64,000 bases of DNA from Promethearchaeota archaeon (GTDB lineage: Archaea > Asgardarchaeota > Lokiarchaeia > Sigyniarchaeales > SOKP01): positions 288,001 through 352,000 of the forward strand of contig JAUVNS010000001.1 of NCBI GenBank assembly GCA_030599585.1, in the 5' to 3' direction. Position numbers and translations under genes: made by a program. Positions within the stretch are counted from its first letter, which is position 1, and each line of letters starts with the position of its first letter. The notes below the pieces were generated by a model, which saw nothing but the letters and a program-made list of their open reading frames with translations, was not told where the DNA came from and ran no database searches. Shown piece by piece: positions 10,543 to 20,802 of the stretch.

Positions 10543-11916
10543 ATGGGAGAAAATAAAAGTTCAACATTAGCTATTATTGCTGTTATTATTGCAGCTTCTG
10601 GCTTAGGTGTCGGAGCATATTCAATATTTATCGAGGGTCCTCCAGGACAAGATGGAACAAACGGACTAGATGGTTTAGATGGTACAGATGGTTTAGATGG
10701 TACAGATGGTTTAAATGGCACGGATGGTATAGACGCTCTAGGAGGGATCGTGGTAGGTGTTTTAGAACCGGACCATGGAGAAATTGTTTCGGGTAATGTT
10801 ACAATCCGGGCTTTAATTTCGGGAAGTGATAGTTATACTGTCCAAGTTCTTATTAATGGTTGGTTGAATGCAACTTACGTTCCATTTCAGTGGAATACTT
10901 TAGAAGTAAGTGATGGTTTGTGGAATATTACTGTTATTGCGACTGATGTGGGATCTAATAATGTTAGCCAAAATGTAGTTATTGTATACGTAAAGAATCC
11001 AAGCGATACCAACATCTATTATTGCTCATCCCAATCTGAAATAGAGTTAGCTCTAAGCTCAATTGGCACTGGCCATGGGACGATTATGATAACCGAAGAT
11101 ATAACGCTTACTAGCACTATTAATCTAGATGACGGTGGAAGCTATGTTATTCAAGGTGTAGGTTCAATCACGATTGATCGCAATGCGGATGATGAGACGT
11201 TCTCAATCACAAATACTCAATCTTGTATTATAAGAGATTTAATGATAGACGCATCTGATCTCACGGGGGAAAATCGTGCAATAAGTATAATTGATTATAA
11301 TACTAATCTTCTTCACATTGAAAATGTTAAGGTATACGGCGATGGGGGGGGCTATGGAATTTATGTAATATCTTACGATGTATCAATTAATAATTGTGAT
11401 TTTTATAATTTAACTACTGGAATTTATGCCATGTCGGCACATAGACATCGTATTACAGGAAATTTAATTCAATATATGACTGAACATGGAATCCTTGCTT
11501 TTACTAATATTGAAGGTGTTATAACTGACAATATTATTAGATATTGTTATGATGGAATTGAAATACGGCATTGCATGCTTACCACAGTTTCTAACAATGT
11601 TATAAGAAATATTGGGCGCTATGGAATTTACATAAGCGGTTATGGATGTACTTTTACAGGAAATAGTATTGCATATGATAATTTTGTAAATAACGCAGAT
11701 GTTTACGGAATTTTAGTGGCTTCTTTTTATTATTATAATACTATTGTAGGTAATGTGATAAGTTTAATTGATGCTGACGGAACGGGTACAGGCTATGGTA
11801 TGACGATCAATGGTGATAACAATACAGTTGTTGGTAATACACTTTACGATAATGACAATAATACCATCAATGATTTTGGGCTTAACAATGTAATAGAACA
11901 TAATATTGAAGGTTAA
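10543..11916 (+). CDS. Membrane-anchored protein: collagen-like GXY stalk, Ig-like domain and right-handed beta-helix (CASH/NosD)
   Basis: N-terminal TM, 11 GXY triplets, GNVTI...WNT...DG.WNITVIATD Ig-like domain, repeated I.GN.I....GI. Confidence 0.8.
   Translation: MGENKSSTLAIIAVIIAASGLGVGAYSIFIEGPPGQDGTNGLDGLDGTDGLDGTDGLNGTDGIDALGGIVVGVLEPDHGEIVSGNVTIRALISGSDSYTVQVLINGWLNATYVPFQWNTLEVSDGLWNITVIATDVGSNNVSQNVVIVYVKNPSDTNIYYCSSQSEIELALSSIGTGHGTIMITEDITLTSTINLDDGGSYVIQGVGSITIDRNADDETFSITNTQSCIIRDLMIDASDLTGENRAISIIDYNTNLLHIENVKVYGDGGGYGIYVISYDVSINNCDFYNLTTGIYAMSAHRHRITGNLIQYMTEHGILAFTNIEGVITDNIIRYCYDGIEIRHCMLTTVSNNVIRNIGRYGIYISGYGCTFTGNSIAYDNFVNNADVYGILVASFYYYNTIVGNVISLIDADGTGTGYGMTINGDNNTVVGNTLYDNDNNTINDFGLNNVIEHNIEG
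10636..10734 (+). repeat. Collagen-like G-X-Y coding repeat with tandem 18-bp units (gatggtttagatggtaca)
   Basis: GPPGQDGTNGLDGLDGTDGLDGTDGLNGTDGID. Confidence 0.85.
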
Positions 11917-11989
11917 AGTAAAAATCTTAAAGTCATTAAATTTTAATCTTTTTTTTTTTTCATTGTTTTACAAGAGATGAGAATATTAA

Positions 11990-12439
11990 ATGAGAATTCC
12001 GATACAAGTATTAATATATCCAGTTAGAAAAATAAATGAAGATTGGGAGTATCTAATGCTTAGAAGGGTTGAAAATCGAGGGGGTTTTTGGCAAGGCGTA
12101 ACAGGAGCTCCTGAAAACGATGAAACTCTTTCAGAGGGCGCAAAAAGAGAATTATACGAAGAAACTGGTTATATTCCATTGAATTTAATAAAAACAGACA
12201 TCTCCTATATAATTCCAATGGAAGATAGATGGAAAGAAATCTATCCTGAAGGCACCACAGAAATCCCTGAATATCTTTTTATTGCCAAAATAGATGAATC
12301 TAGCCCACCTAAAATAGACCCTATTGAACACAACGCTTGGAAATGGTGTTCATACGAAGAGGCTATGAACCTCCTATCATTGGAAGATAATAAAAGAGCT
12401 CTCGAATTCGTTCATACGTTTTTAGGAAAAGAAGAGTAA
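11990..12439 (+). CDS. Nudix hydrolase (NudB/dihydroneopterin triphosphate diphosphatase-like)
   Basis: FWQGVTG + Nudix box GAPENDETLSEGAKRELYEETG + EH..W.W. Confidence 0.85.
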   Translation: MRIPIQVLIYPVRKINEDWEYLMLRRVENRGGFWQGVTGAPENDETLSEGAKRELYEETGYIPLNLIKTDISYIIPMEDRWKEIYPEGTTEIPEYLFIAKIDESSPPKIDPIEHNAWKWCSYEEAMNLLSLEDNKRALEFVHTFLGKEE

Positions 12440-12473
12440 TTGGTAAACTCTCTATAAATCGCTTCCCTCTTTC

Positions 12474-13589
12474 TTATTTGAGTATTTGAACCTCATTTTT
12501 TCCTTTCGCTTCTACTAATTTTTCCCCAATGTTAGCTATTCTGCGTGCTAGTTCAGAAATCTTCCATTTTTCGTATCCCTTTACATATGTAGAAAAAGTA
12601 TCTTGTAGTGGTTCGCTCCATTTTGAAGGAATGTTATCAGCACTTAATTGAGCACCAAGTATCGCACCAATATTCCCACAATTACAATCGGTATCGTATC
12701 CCATCATAGCCGCCACACAAATAGACCTACCAAGAGGATCTTCTTTGTCCTGAACACCATATAGAAGAGAAAGAATAATAATTCCTATATTTGGAAGGAC
12801 GTGCACTTTTGACTCCACTCCTTTCAATATTAATGCTCTTTTCGATTCTGAAGTAGGTTCTCTATTGATTAAATCTTCTTTTATCTTTCTCCAATACTCG
12901 TTTATTAAAATTTCTCTCGCTTTTCTGAAGTCGTCTGGATTTTGTTCATACAGATTTATAGCTTTTTTTACGGTTTGAGTATATAAACTAACGTGTTCAT
13001 TAGGTAAAAATGTAAGAGCCTGGTCTATATTTTTTCTTAAATTATTTTCAAAAAAGGCGTTTGAAATTAAGATCGCAACAAAAACTTCACCTTCTATACC
13101 AATCCACGCATGGGAGATTGATCCATCCTTTACACTATAATACTTAGCGATTTCTGGACACCCTGGGGCAATCTGACCCCAAATATCTGCTCTCATTTGA
13201 GCGCCAATAAAATCATAATATGGGTTAGCATATGTCCCCGATTTCGGAGGGAAAATCCCCGATCTAATGTTATTTAAAGCCACTTTTTCGGCAGTAAAAA
13301 CTGCTTTATCGTATTTCAGGAGATTTACCCATTCTAAGGCAATATCCCTTGCGGTTAAATCTATTCCGTATTTCTCTAAGGATATAAGTGCGATGATTTC
13401 ATACATTTCGTCGTCGTTGACATAGTTCAAATTGATTTTCTTTGGATAATAATCAATTTCGCCGTATCTTCGCTGAATTGTTTTAACAGGTCTTAATTCT
13501 AAGGGCGCTCCAACGAAATCTCCAGCAACTCTACCAATCCAAGAGCCATAAACTTTATTGTAATATATTTCAGAAGTTATTTCTTTCAT
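12474..13589 (-). CDS. ADP-ribosylglycohydrolase family protein
   Basis: GD..GAPLE, NDD, GAQMRAD, DGSISH and GYDTDCNCG motifs. Confidence 0.9.
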   Translation of the reverse strand: MKEITSEIYYNKVYGSWIGRVAGDFVGAPLELRPVKTIQRRYGEIDYYPKKINLNYVNDDEMYEIIALISLEKYGIDLTARDIALEWVNLLKYDKAVFTAEKVALNNIRSGIFPPKSGTYANPYYDFIGAQMRADIWGQIAPGCPEIAKYYSVKDGSISHAWIGIEGEVFVAILISNAFFENNLRKNIDQALTFLPNEHVSLYTQTVKKAINLYEQNPDDFRKAREILINEYWRKIKEDLINREPTSESKRALILKGVESKVHVLPNIGIIILSLLYGVQDKEDPLGRSICVAAMMGYDTDCNCGNIGAILGAQLSADNIPSKWSEPLQDTFSTYVKGYEKWKISELARRIANIGEKLVEAKGKNEVQILK

Positions 13590-13856
13590 GTCTAACCCGA
13601 ATTTTGTTGTTAGGAAAGTACTTTCTAAAAAAAATGCACCCCAAATGTTAAATCTTCTGTCTCAAATTACTCGAATTATTTTCTTTATTTCTTTAATAAA
13701 TGACCAGAAATATGCTACAACAAATTTAAACGCTAATAACACAGATAGTCTAAAATGATGTTAAGAGTTCAACCTAAGTTTCGGATTGTAAACTATTAAT
13801 GAACTTTATCACATATTATAATTATGATAGAATATTGTATACAGAAGGAAAGAAAG

Positions 13857-14186
13857 ATGAGTGTAGTTGAAATGCTAGGACCTGAAATAACTACCAAACC
13901 TGTAGTGATAGATAATAAGAATGAAAGAAAAAGTTTACCCATGTATGGCATGGTATCATTACTTTTCGTTTTGGTTGGAGTTATAGTAGTGTCGATTAAT
14001 TTTAGCAATCTCAGTATTTCACTCGCGACACCAGTCTTACTAGTTTCGGTAATCACTGCAGGAGCAGGGATCGAAGCGGATGTTGTAAGAGGAATTTCTA
14101 TAATCGGACTTATCTCGGGTATTGTCTTTTTATTAATTAGTCTGTCACCCGTAATCCTATATGTAGCTGGAATATCTGCTTATTAG
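13857..14186 (+). CDS. Hypothetical 3-TM membrane protein
   Basis: Hydrophobic ORF; start at MSVVEM. Confidence 0.6.
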   Translation: MSVVEMLGPEITTKPVVIDNKNERKSLPMYGMVSLLFVLVGVIVVSINFSNLSISLATPVLLVSVITAGAGIEADVVRGISIIGLISGIVFLLISLSPVILYVAGISAY

Positions 14187-14312
14187 TTATTGTGGAACTT
14201 AGCGCATAAGTTTGTTATATTTTTTTCTTTTTATATTTCATTTACTTGATTGTTGATTGGTTAAAACCTTTAACTAAAAATAAAAAGAAATCCTATCCAA
14301 TTATAAAATATC

Positions 14313-14597
14313 ATGGAGCAAAAAAATCAAAAGGAAAATAAGTCAATAGATTTTGATACGATTGACGAAGTTGATTCTTTGAATCAAATGAAAGTAGATA
14401 TTAATTATTTTTTGGCTGCAATAGTCAAAATGAAGCTGGTGGACAATTTTGATCACACCATTCCCTCGGGTTTAACATCATTTGCTCAATTTTTCTTCTC
14501 TTACCATGAAATTATTTATCGAAATCAAGAAGTGCCAAACAAAATCTATACACTATTTTTAGAGTGGTTAAATAAGAAAATTTTAGATTTCAAGTGA
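14313..14597 (+). CDS. Hypothetical protein
   Basis: 94-aa ATG ORF. Confidence 0.55.
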   Translation: MEQKNQKENKSIDFDTIDEVDSLNQMKVDINYFLAAIVKMKLVDNFDHTIPSGLTSFAQFFFSYHEIIYRNQEVPNKIYTLFLEWLNKKILDFK

Positions 14598-14635
14598 TTT
14601 TTATAAAAAAGAAGTAAAAAAAAGAGAGAATTTGA

Positions 14636-16111
14636 TTATAACTTTCCTTTAATTTTAATGGATAGTGTATAATATAACGCAAAAACAGAGTAAGCACTCA
14701 TAGGAATTAAGAAAATAACATATTCGTATGGCCAGAATGTATATCTAAGGATCATTGAAATAAAGCTAATCACTAAAAATCCCGTCCATACAGCTAAAAG
14801 TCTTGTATTTAGTGGTTTTTTATGTTTTTTAATTACAAAATGTAGTATTGTAGCAGCTATGGCATAACCTATAATTACGACAAGTTGAATGGGAACCCAA
14901 GAGGTTTGCGCCCAGAAAGTTAGAAACAAAATGCACGGAAATATAATGAAAAAATTCACGTAATATAATATTCTTCTTCCTAAATCTTTTTGCCGATCAA
15001 TTTTATACCAAATTATACCTACCCAAATAAATAAAAGCCACAGTGCTGCTAAATCTATTAACTCAAAAGGATCGAAGGGCAAATATATTCCATAATGAGT
15101 CCCCCAAAAAGCAGTTAAGATTCCAAATCCCAATATCTGGGTGAGTAATATGTGATATGTTGATCTCCCAATTAACGAAATTGTCTTCGAGATTTTTCTA
15201 GTTGAAGTATTGGGTAAAAATTTGAGTGCTAGCAAAACTAAGAACGCGGAATAAGGAAAAACCAAGAAATGGTAGTCTCCTCTTAGGAGGGGTGTGCCAT
15301 CAATCATGAACCTAAATCCAAAAAATTGGTATACAACAATGTAGGCTAAACTGATTGGATATATAATCCACATAAAAAAGTTATGTTTGCTCTGAAGGTC
15401 ATGATCCATAGAAAACCACATACCTAGCCCTACAGCTGAAAGATAAAATGGGATACTGGTCATGAACAAGGTTAAGATATGCGATTCTTCCCAGGTTGTT
15501 ATATCACCGATTACAAAAAAAACTGTGAGTTGCATAACAATTTCTACTACAACGGTTAAAATTAACGTCAGCACGGGTTTTTTAGTAAAACCCCAATACA
15601 ATAATGGCACGACGAGAATTGATTGCATTAAAACGGGAATGAACCAATTACCTGGTCCCCAAAATGGCATTATCAACCAGAATAAATTAATGATTCCGTA
15701 ATCGGGGGAATATTGCGTATCATACATTGCTATGAAATCGAATCCAAAGATAAACAAACCAATAAAAGTTGATGCGGCATATAGAATAAGAAAAGGAACA
15801 ATATAACGTAAAATCTTCTTCTTGAAATAACTCCAAGAATATAATTGCTTTAACGTTGTAGCACCTTGTCCTCTAAAAGAGAGTCCCATATTCAATCCCA
15901 TTACTACTAAAAAGACAGGTATCGAAATTCTCTCCCAGAGAGCGGCCCCAATTTCCCTTTTGACGTCCCAATATACATAATGATCAAAAATAACAAGAAA
16001 TATCATTACTGCTTTTAGAAAATCAATCTGAAAGAAAGAAGTTCTATCTTCTAATCCACTTGAAGTGGATATTTCATCTTGCTCAGTTATTTGAAAATTT
16101 TGATCGTTCAT
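14636..16111 (-). CDS. Acyltransferase family 3 (OafA-like) membrane protein
   Basis: IDFLKAVMIFLVIFDH, IPVFLVVMG, WFI and IGRSTYHILLTQ motifs; many TMs. Confidence 0.85.
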   Translation of the reverse strand: MNDQNFQITEQDEISTSSGLEDRTSFFQIDFLKAVMIFLVIFDHYVYWDVKREIGAALWERISIPVFLVVMGLNMGLSFRGQGATTLKQLYSWSYFKKKILRYIVPFLILYAASTFIGLFIFGFDFIAMYDTQYSPDYGIINLFWLIMPFWGPGNWFIPVLMQSILVVPLLYWGFTKKPVLTLILTVVVEIVMQLTVFFVIGDITTWEESHILTLFMTSIPFYLSAVGLGMWFSMDHDLQSKHNFFMWIIYPISLAYIVVYQFFGFRFMIDGTPLLRGDYHFLVFPYSAFLVLLALKFLPNTSTRKISKTISLIGRSTYHILLTQILGFGILTAFWGTHYGIYLPFDPFELIDLAALWLLFIWVGIIWYKIDRQKDLGRRILYYVNFFIIFPCILFLTFWAQTSWVPIQLVVIIGYAIAATILHFVIKKHKKPLNTRLLAVWTGFLVISFISMILRYTFWPYEYVIFLIPMSAYSVFALYYTLSIKIKGKL

Positions 16112-16232
16112 TCTTTACATCATTTATTTTTAATTTTAATTCAGTCAGAGAATTGTTACTAATTCTAAACAAGATGTATCTTATTAACATTAAAGGAGTC
16201 CATTTTTTTTTTTTGATGGAATATAAAATATT

Positions 16233-16721
16233 CTAGTTTGATTCAATAAATTTAGGAGGTAAACTGGCTGCTCCTAGGTGCTTTAAAGGTGGTTTGACCA
16301 TCACAGTTAATGTACCATGCGCTAAAAGTTTGTCTTCCTCATTTTTGATTGATACTTCCGCCAAGCCAATACTCTTCCCTAAGGTTATACAACGAGCGTA
16401 AGCTAACAATTTCCCACTTTTGACGCTAGATAAATAATTCACTTTCATCTCAATCGTGGCTGCACTATCATCACCCTCGACTCGAGAGTAAACAGAAAAA
16501 AATCCAGCACTATCAATAAGAGCAGAGTAAACTCCACCGTGAACATATCCGTATCCTTGGAGATGCTTGCGATTTAGCTCTATTTCTACGAAGGACTCGC
16601 CGTATTTCAAATCTACTATCTTCATATTCTGATTTTTAAAGTAACCACTACCGTTTACAACTAATTTTACAAAATCAACCCATTTTGGAGATAATTGCTT
16701 CATTCTAGATTGCGCTTCCAA
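16233..16721 (-). CDS. PaaI family thioesterase (hotdog fold)
   Basis: GYVHGGVYSALIDSA, TIEMKVNYL. Confidence 0.9.
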   Translation of the reverse strand: MEAQSRMKQLSPKWVDFVKLVVNGSGYFKNQNMKIVDLKYGESFVEIELNRKHLQGYGYVHGGVYSALIDSAGFFSVYSRVEGDDSAATIEMKVNYLSSVKSGKLLAYARCITLGKSIGLAEVSIKNEEDKLLAHGTLTVMVKPPLKHLGAASLPPKFIESN

Positions 16722-16828
16722 GTTTTATTGAATTATTTAAAATAAGGACATGTAACAATAGCTATTCTAATTGTTGGATTATTTAATTATTTTTGATTAA
16801 TAAAAAAAAAGTTAGAAGTGATTATGAA

Positions 16829-18373
16829 TTATTCTGGTGTAGCTCGTTTTTTCATAAATATATAGAGACCAGATATAACCGCTACTCCTCCTACTATGGA
16901 AATAACAACGATAATTACAATACCTCCGGGATCTGGTCCTTCTTCTGAAAAGCTTTTAGTTAGTGTTACTTCTTCAAACGCTTCGTTTCCTACAATGTCA
17001 TTCGCGTAAAAGGTAATAGTAACACTTCCTTCACCTAAAGCATCCCAAGCCGATTGATCAATCGTTCCATTTTCTGTAAACGTATAATTATTTAATCCTC
17101 CATCAATTGTATACCACATCTCAAACAGAAAATCATCAATGACTTCAATGTTGAAAAAGGGAGCAACACTACTAAAACTACTACCAGCACTAGGCGCATG
17201 AATAGTAATCCGGGGTGCTCCATCTTCAGCTATAGGTAAATAATCTATACTTCCAGCAGAACCACCTATATGTGTGTACGAAACATCTACAATTCCATCT
17301 TGTGGGGTTGTATCTGGACCAGTATGATTGTCCCAGTAATTACCAATTGTCATGCTGTTCCATTTGTTATCAGTTCCATTATCCATAGCATGTATTTCAT
17401 TTGCTAGAAAGAAATTTCCATAGATGATGTTATTAATACTATTTCCTATATTAATTCCATACTTGTTATCGCTTAGAATGTTTCCCGAAATAGTATTATT
17501 ATTGCAACTATTAATTAAAATTATCCCGGTATAGGTATTGTTACTTGCGATGTTTTCCGAGATGATGTTATTGTTACAGCCATCCAACACTATCCCAGTA
17601 TTATCGATATTATCGTTTACGGTGTTTTCTGTAATGATATTGTAATTACAATTGTAAAAATACATCCCGATTTCGTTATCGTTTACGGTGTTTCCTAAAA
17701 TGGTATTGTTAGTGCATGTGTTAGATAAATATATCCCATTACTAGAACTGTTACATGCGGTGTTTCCCGATAGGGTGTTGTTATTACAGTCGTTTAACGT
17801 TATCCCAGTAATGTCATCGTTTGCAGTATTTCCCGAGATATAATTATTATTGCATTCATCTTTTAAAAATATCCCAGTATAATTATTGTCTACAATGTTT
17901 CCCGAAATAGTGTTATTTTCACAATTATTAATCAAGATTATTCCGTCCCGAGCGTTGTTAGAACAGTTATTATTTGTTAATGTTCCGTTATTTGTATTTT
18001 CCAATTTGATTCCCCCGTCATATTGTCCACTTCCTGCGTTGTAAACCGTGCAGTTTCTGATGATAAAATAATCATTTTTGGAATTGTTTATAAAAATTCC
18101 ACTTCCCGTAGGTGAAGAACTTGCGTCAATGGTAACGTTTTCAATAGTGTAGGGATTACTCCACGAACCATCACCGCTACACCAACCATAAGATGTAGTA
18201 GCTGACCAATTACCATTAACATGTATGAATTTTGCAAGGTAACCAGCCGATTCTTTCGGAGTAATAACATTAGTTTTTTGCCCATGGTCGAAATCAAGCA
18301 TAAAATTAGGCAAAAACACGAAGCCCATTGCTAAAACAATTAAGAATACTATTTTTTTCGAATTGGATTTCAT
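16829..18373 (-). CDS. Cell-surface CASH/NosD beta-helix protein with C-terminal TM anchor
   Basis: Signal peptide, G.GS..NPY.IE, repeated GI.L..C.NNTISGN, GNYWD, C-terminal TM + KKR. Confidence 0.85.
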   Translation of the reverse strand: MKSNSKKIVFLIVLAMGFVFLPNFMLDFDHGQKTNVITPKESAGYLAKFIHVNGNWSATTSYGWCSGDGSWSNPYTIENVTIDASSSPTGSGIFINNSKNDYFIIRNCTVYNAGSGQYDGGIKLENTNNGTLTNNNCSNNARDGIILINNCENNTISGNIVDNNYTGIFLKDECNNNYISGNTANDDITGITLNDCNNNTLSGNTACNSSSNGIYLSNTCTNNTILGNTVNDNEIGMYFYNCNYNIITENTVNDNIDNTGIVLDGCNNNIISENIASNNTYTGIILINSCNNNTISGNILSDNKYGINIGNSINNIIYGNFFLANEIHAMDNGTDNKWNSMTIGNYWDNHTGPDTTPQDGIVDVSYTHIGGSAGSIDYLPIAEDGAPRITIHAPSAGSSFSSVAPFFNIEVIDDFLFEMWYTIDGGLNNYTFTENGTIDQSAWDALGEGSVTITFYANDIVGNEAFEEVTLTKSFSEEGPDPGGIVIIVVISIVGGVAVISGLYIFMKKRATPE

Positions 18374-18450
18374 TTTATTTTCCCTTAAAATAATAGTTAA
18401 CTAATAGGATGATAATGAATTATTTAACACTTTTGTTAACAAATAGTTTC

Positions 18451-18582
18451 CTATTGCTCTCGAGATTGACAAAATGTCTCATTTTTAAACGAAAGAGCAT
18501 ATTCAAGAGAGTCTTGAGCAATATAATCAATAATCTCATTCAAATCATTTTCTGCTTTTAATGACCATTCTATTTCAGCCAT
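18451..18582 (-). pseudogene. Truncated RelE/ParE-family toxin (43 aa)
   Basis: MAEIEWSLKAENDLNEIIDYIAQDSLEYALSF matches the ParE N-terminus, overlaps the antitoxin stop, then runs into unrelated sequence and a TAG. Not in the ORF track. Confidence 0.8.
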
Positions 18583-18770
18583 TGTTCCAATCTCTTTTTA
18601 GCATTTTCCATGACTTGTTCATGAGGAATTACTCTCCCTTGCTCAATTTCTTCAATACCAGCGATGATTTTTTTTTTGACATAAAGATGATACATAATAT
18701 CATCAATTGTAGCATTTTCTGGCAATTTTTTTATAAGTTCTATAATCTCTTCCTTTAGATTAGAAGTCAT
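18570..18770 (-). CDS. Type II antitoxin of a RelE/ParE module
   Basis: KEEIIELIKKLPENATIDDIMYHLYVKKKI..GIEEIEQGRVIPHEQV pattern of ParE-associated antitoxins; overlaps the toxin start. Confidence 0.8.
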   Translation of the reverse strand: MTSNLKEEIIELIKKLPENATIDDIMYHLYVKKKIIAGIEEIEQGRVIPHEQVMENAKKRLEQWLK

Positions 18771-18971
18771 AATATCTCACTATCTAAATAATCATACCAA
18801 CTTTTATATTTTCTTATCTTGCTCTTGTGTATAATAGTAAAGAATCTATTAGATTAAATTAATAATTGAGAATTAAAAGGCTACTCCCTGATTTCCCCTC
18901 ACATTATGGTCTTGGAATAGAGATTAAATCTTAAAAAAAAGAATTGAAAAAAATATAATTTAAAGATGAAC

Positions 18972-20681
18972 TCATGCTTTCCGTTTTTTGATAAAAATAT
19001 ACACTACAGCAGCTACAGCAACCCCCCCTACAAGAGAAACAATAACTATCACCAGTGTTGGATCAAATTCTTCTGGGAGATTCTTACTTATCGTTATTTC
19101 CGTAGTCCCGATATTTCCTGCTATATCAATCGCATAAAATGTAATCGTAATAGTACCATCGGACATAGCATCCCACGCAGATTGCGCGATTGTTCCAGCA
19201 AATCCTGTAAATGTGTAATTGTGCTGGCCATCATCAAGTGTGTACCACATTGAGACGATATAAATATCGGTGACTGTTATTATGAAAGAGGGAGCGATAT
19301 TGTCAAATCTTCCACCTTCATGCGGGGAATTAATTGTTATTATTGGCTTCCCATCCTCCGCTATAGGCAAGTAATCTTTACTTCCAGCAGGTCCACCGAT
19401 ATAGGTATGTGGCGTGTCGACAATTCCATCTTGTGGGCTTGTATCTGGACCAGTATGATTGTCCCAATAATTACCAATAACCGTGTTATTCCATATGTTA
19501 TTAATTCCATCATCGAACGCGTGCTTAAAATTCTTTGAAAAGAAATTTTCATAGATTGAGTTGTTATCGCCGTTATCAATATAAACACCATAAGTATTGT
19601 TGAACAGTAGATTTTCGGTGAGGGTGTTATAATTAGAAAAATCGTATATCCCAATTCCGTTTAATCCGTTGAAACTTACTACGTTGTTCGAAACCGTGTT
19701 ATTTTCGCAATAATCATACAGTTCTATTCCAATCTGTTCATTGTAATTTGCTGTATTGTCTACAATAGTATTGTTACTGCTGTACCAATGTAAAGATATC
19801 CCTTCCTCTCCACTACCATTTACAAAGTTGTTCGAAATCGTGTTATAACTACAATCATCATAAAAATATATCCCCTGACTTGTTGAACTATTCACGGCAT
19901 TTCCCGAGATGGTATTATAATAGCATTCATATTCTAAAGATAGCCCAGCATAACCATTTTCGTTCGCTATATTGTTCGAAATCGTGTTATAATTACAAAA
20001 TCCATAAAGGTATATCCCATAATCTTCGTTATTATTCGCAGTATTTCCCGAGATGGAGTTGTTTATGCACTCGGTATCGAGATATATCCCATAGTCATTA
20101 TTAGAACAATTATTATTGATTAACCGAGAATTACTTACATTATTAAAAGTGATTCCCTCTATGTGATCATATATTGTATTGCCAGTTATGTTTATATTTT
20201 CGCAATCTTCTACCACGATTCCGTATCCTAAATGATAAATAAGATTATCTTCTATTCGGCCATGAGTAGTGTTGAGTAAGTAAATCCCCGTCATAGGTAT
20301 ACTATTTGTTAATTCGTTCCATTTGAATGTACAACTTCTTATTATGAAATGCTTATTATGTGAGTTAGAAATTTTTAATCCATCTATACTCATTGACATA
20401 TTTAAAATATGACCTTCAATAATATATGGATCCAATAACGTTCCCGAACCAGAGCACCAAACTTGACTTTCTGCCCATGCCCAATTGTTCGAGCTGCCTG
20501 GAAGATTGTCAATTGTGATGTTTTTGTACGTTCCAGATGTCTTTAAATCGTCAACAATCATATTTTGATCATAACTATCAGAATTTGCATTACTTATATA
20601 GTCAACATTATGAAGACTGAACAATGCTATAATTAGCATCAATCCTAAAATTAAACAAAACTTTTGTTGATTGGATTTCAT
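18972..20681 (-). CDS. Cell-surface CASH/NosD beta-helix protein with C-terminal TM anchor (paralog of 16829-18373)
   Basis: Same architecture; shares GNYWDNHTGPDT.PQDGIVD...DYLPIAEDG. Confidence 0.85.
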   Translation of the reverse strand: MKSNQQKFCLILGLMLIIALFSLHNVDYISNANSDSYDQNMIVDDLKTSGTYKNITIDNLPGSSNNWAWAESQVWCSGSGTLLDPYIIEGHILNMSMSIDGLKISNSHNKHFIIRSCTFKWNELTNSIPMTGIYLLNTTHGRIEDNLIYHLGYGIVVEDCENINITGNTIYDHIEGITFNNVSNSRLINNNCSNNDYGIYLDTECINNSISGNTANNNEDYGIYLYGFCNYNTISNNIANENGYAGLSLEYECYYNTISGNAVNSSTSQGIYFYDDCSYNTISNNFVNGSGEEGISLHWYSSNNTIVDNTANYNEQIGIELYDYCENNTVSNNVVSFNGLNGIGIYDFSNYNTLTENLLFNNTYGVYIDNGDNNSIYENFFSKNFKHAFDDGINNIWNNTVIGNYWDNHTGPDTSPQDGIVDTPHTYIGGPAGSKDYLPIAEDGKPIITINSPHEGGRFDNIAPSFIITVTDIYIVSMWYTLDDGQHNYTFTGFAGTIAQSAWDAMSDGTITITFYAIDIAGNIGTTEITISKNLPEEFDPTLVIVIVSLVGGVAVAAVVYIFIKKRKA

Positions 20682-20802
20682 TTTTATATACCTAAATTTT
20701 TTTGTTATGTATTTCTAACCCATATTGATTAATAATAATATGTTTTAATTTGATACGATACAATTTTTAGAAAGAACTTAAAATTGAATGACGCAATGAA
20801 GT

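Noticed and set aside
11990-13589. Nudix + ADP-ribosylglycohydrolase as an ADP-ribose reversal module
   Set aside because: The genes are convergent, and the Nudix has NudB-type rather than ADP-ribose pyrophosphatase signatures.
13614-18443. Short perfect palindromes (GAAAGTACTTTC at 13614; TAGTTAACTA at 18394; TTTGTTAACAAA at 18432) as operators
   Set aside because: 10-12-bp AT-rich palindromes are expected by chance at this composition, and none recurs in a consistent promoter position.
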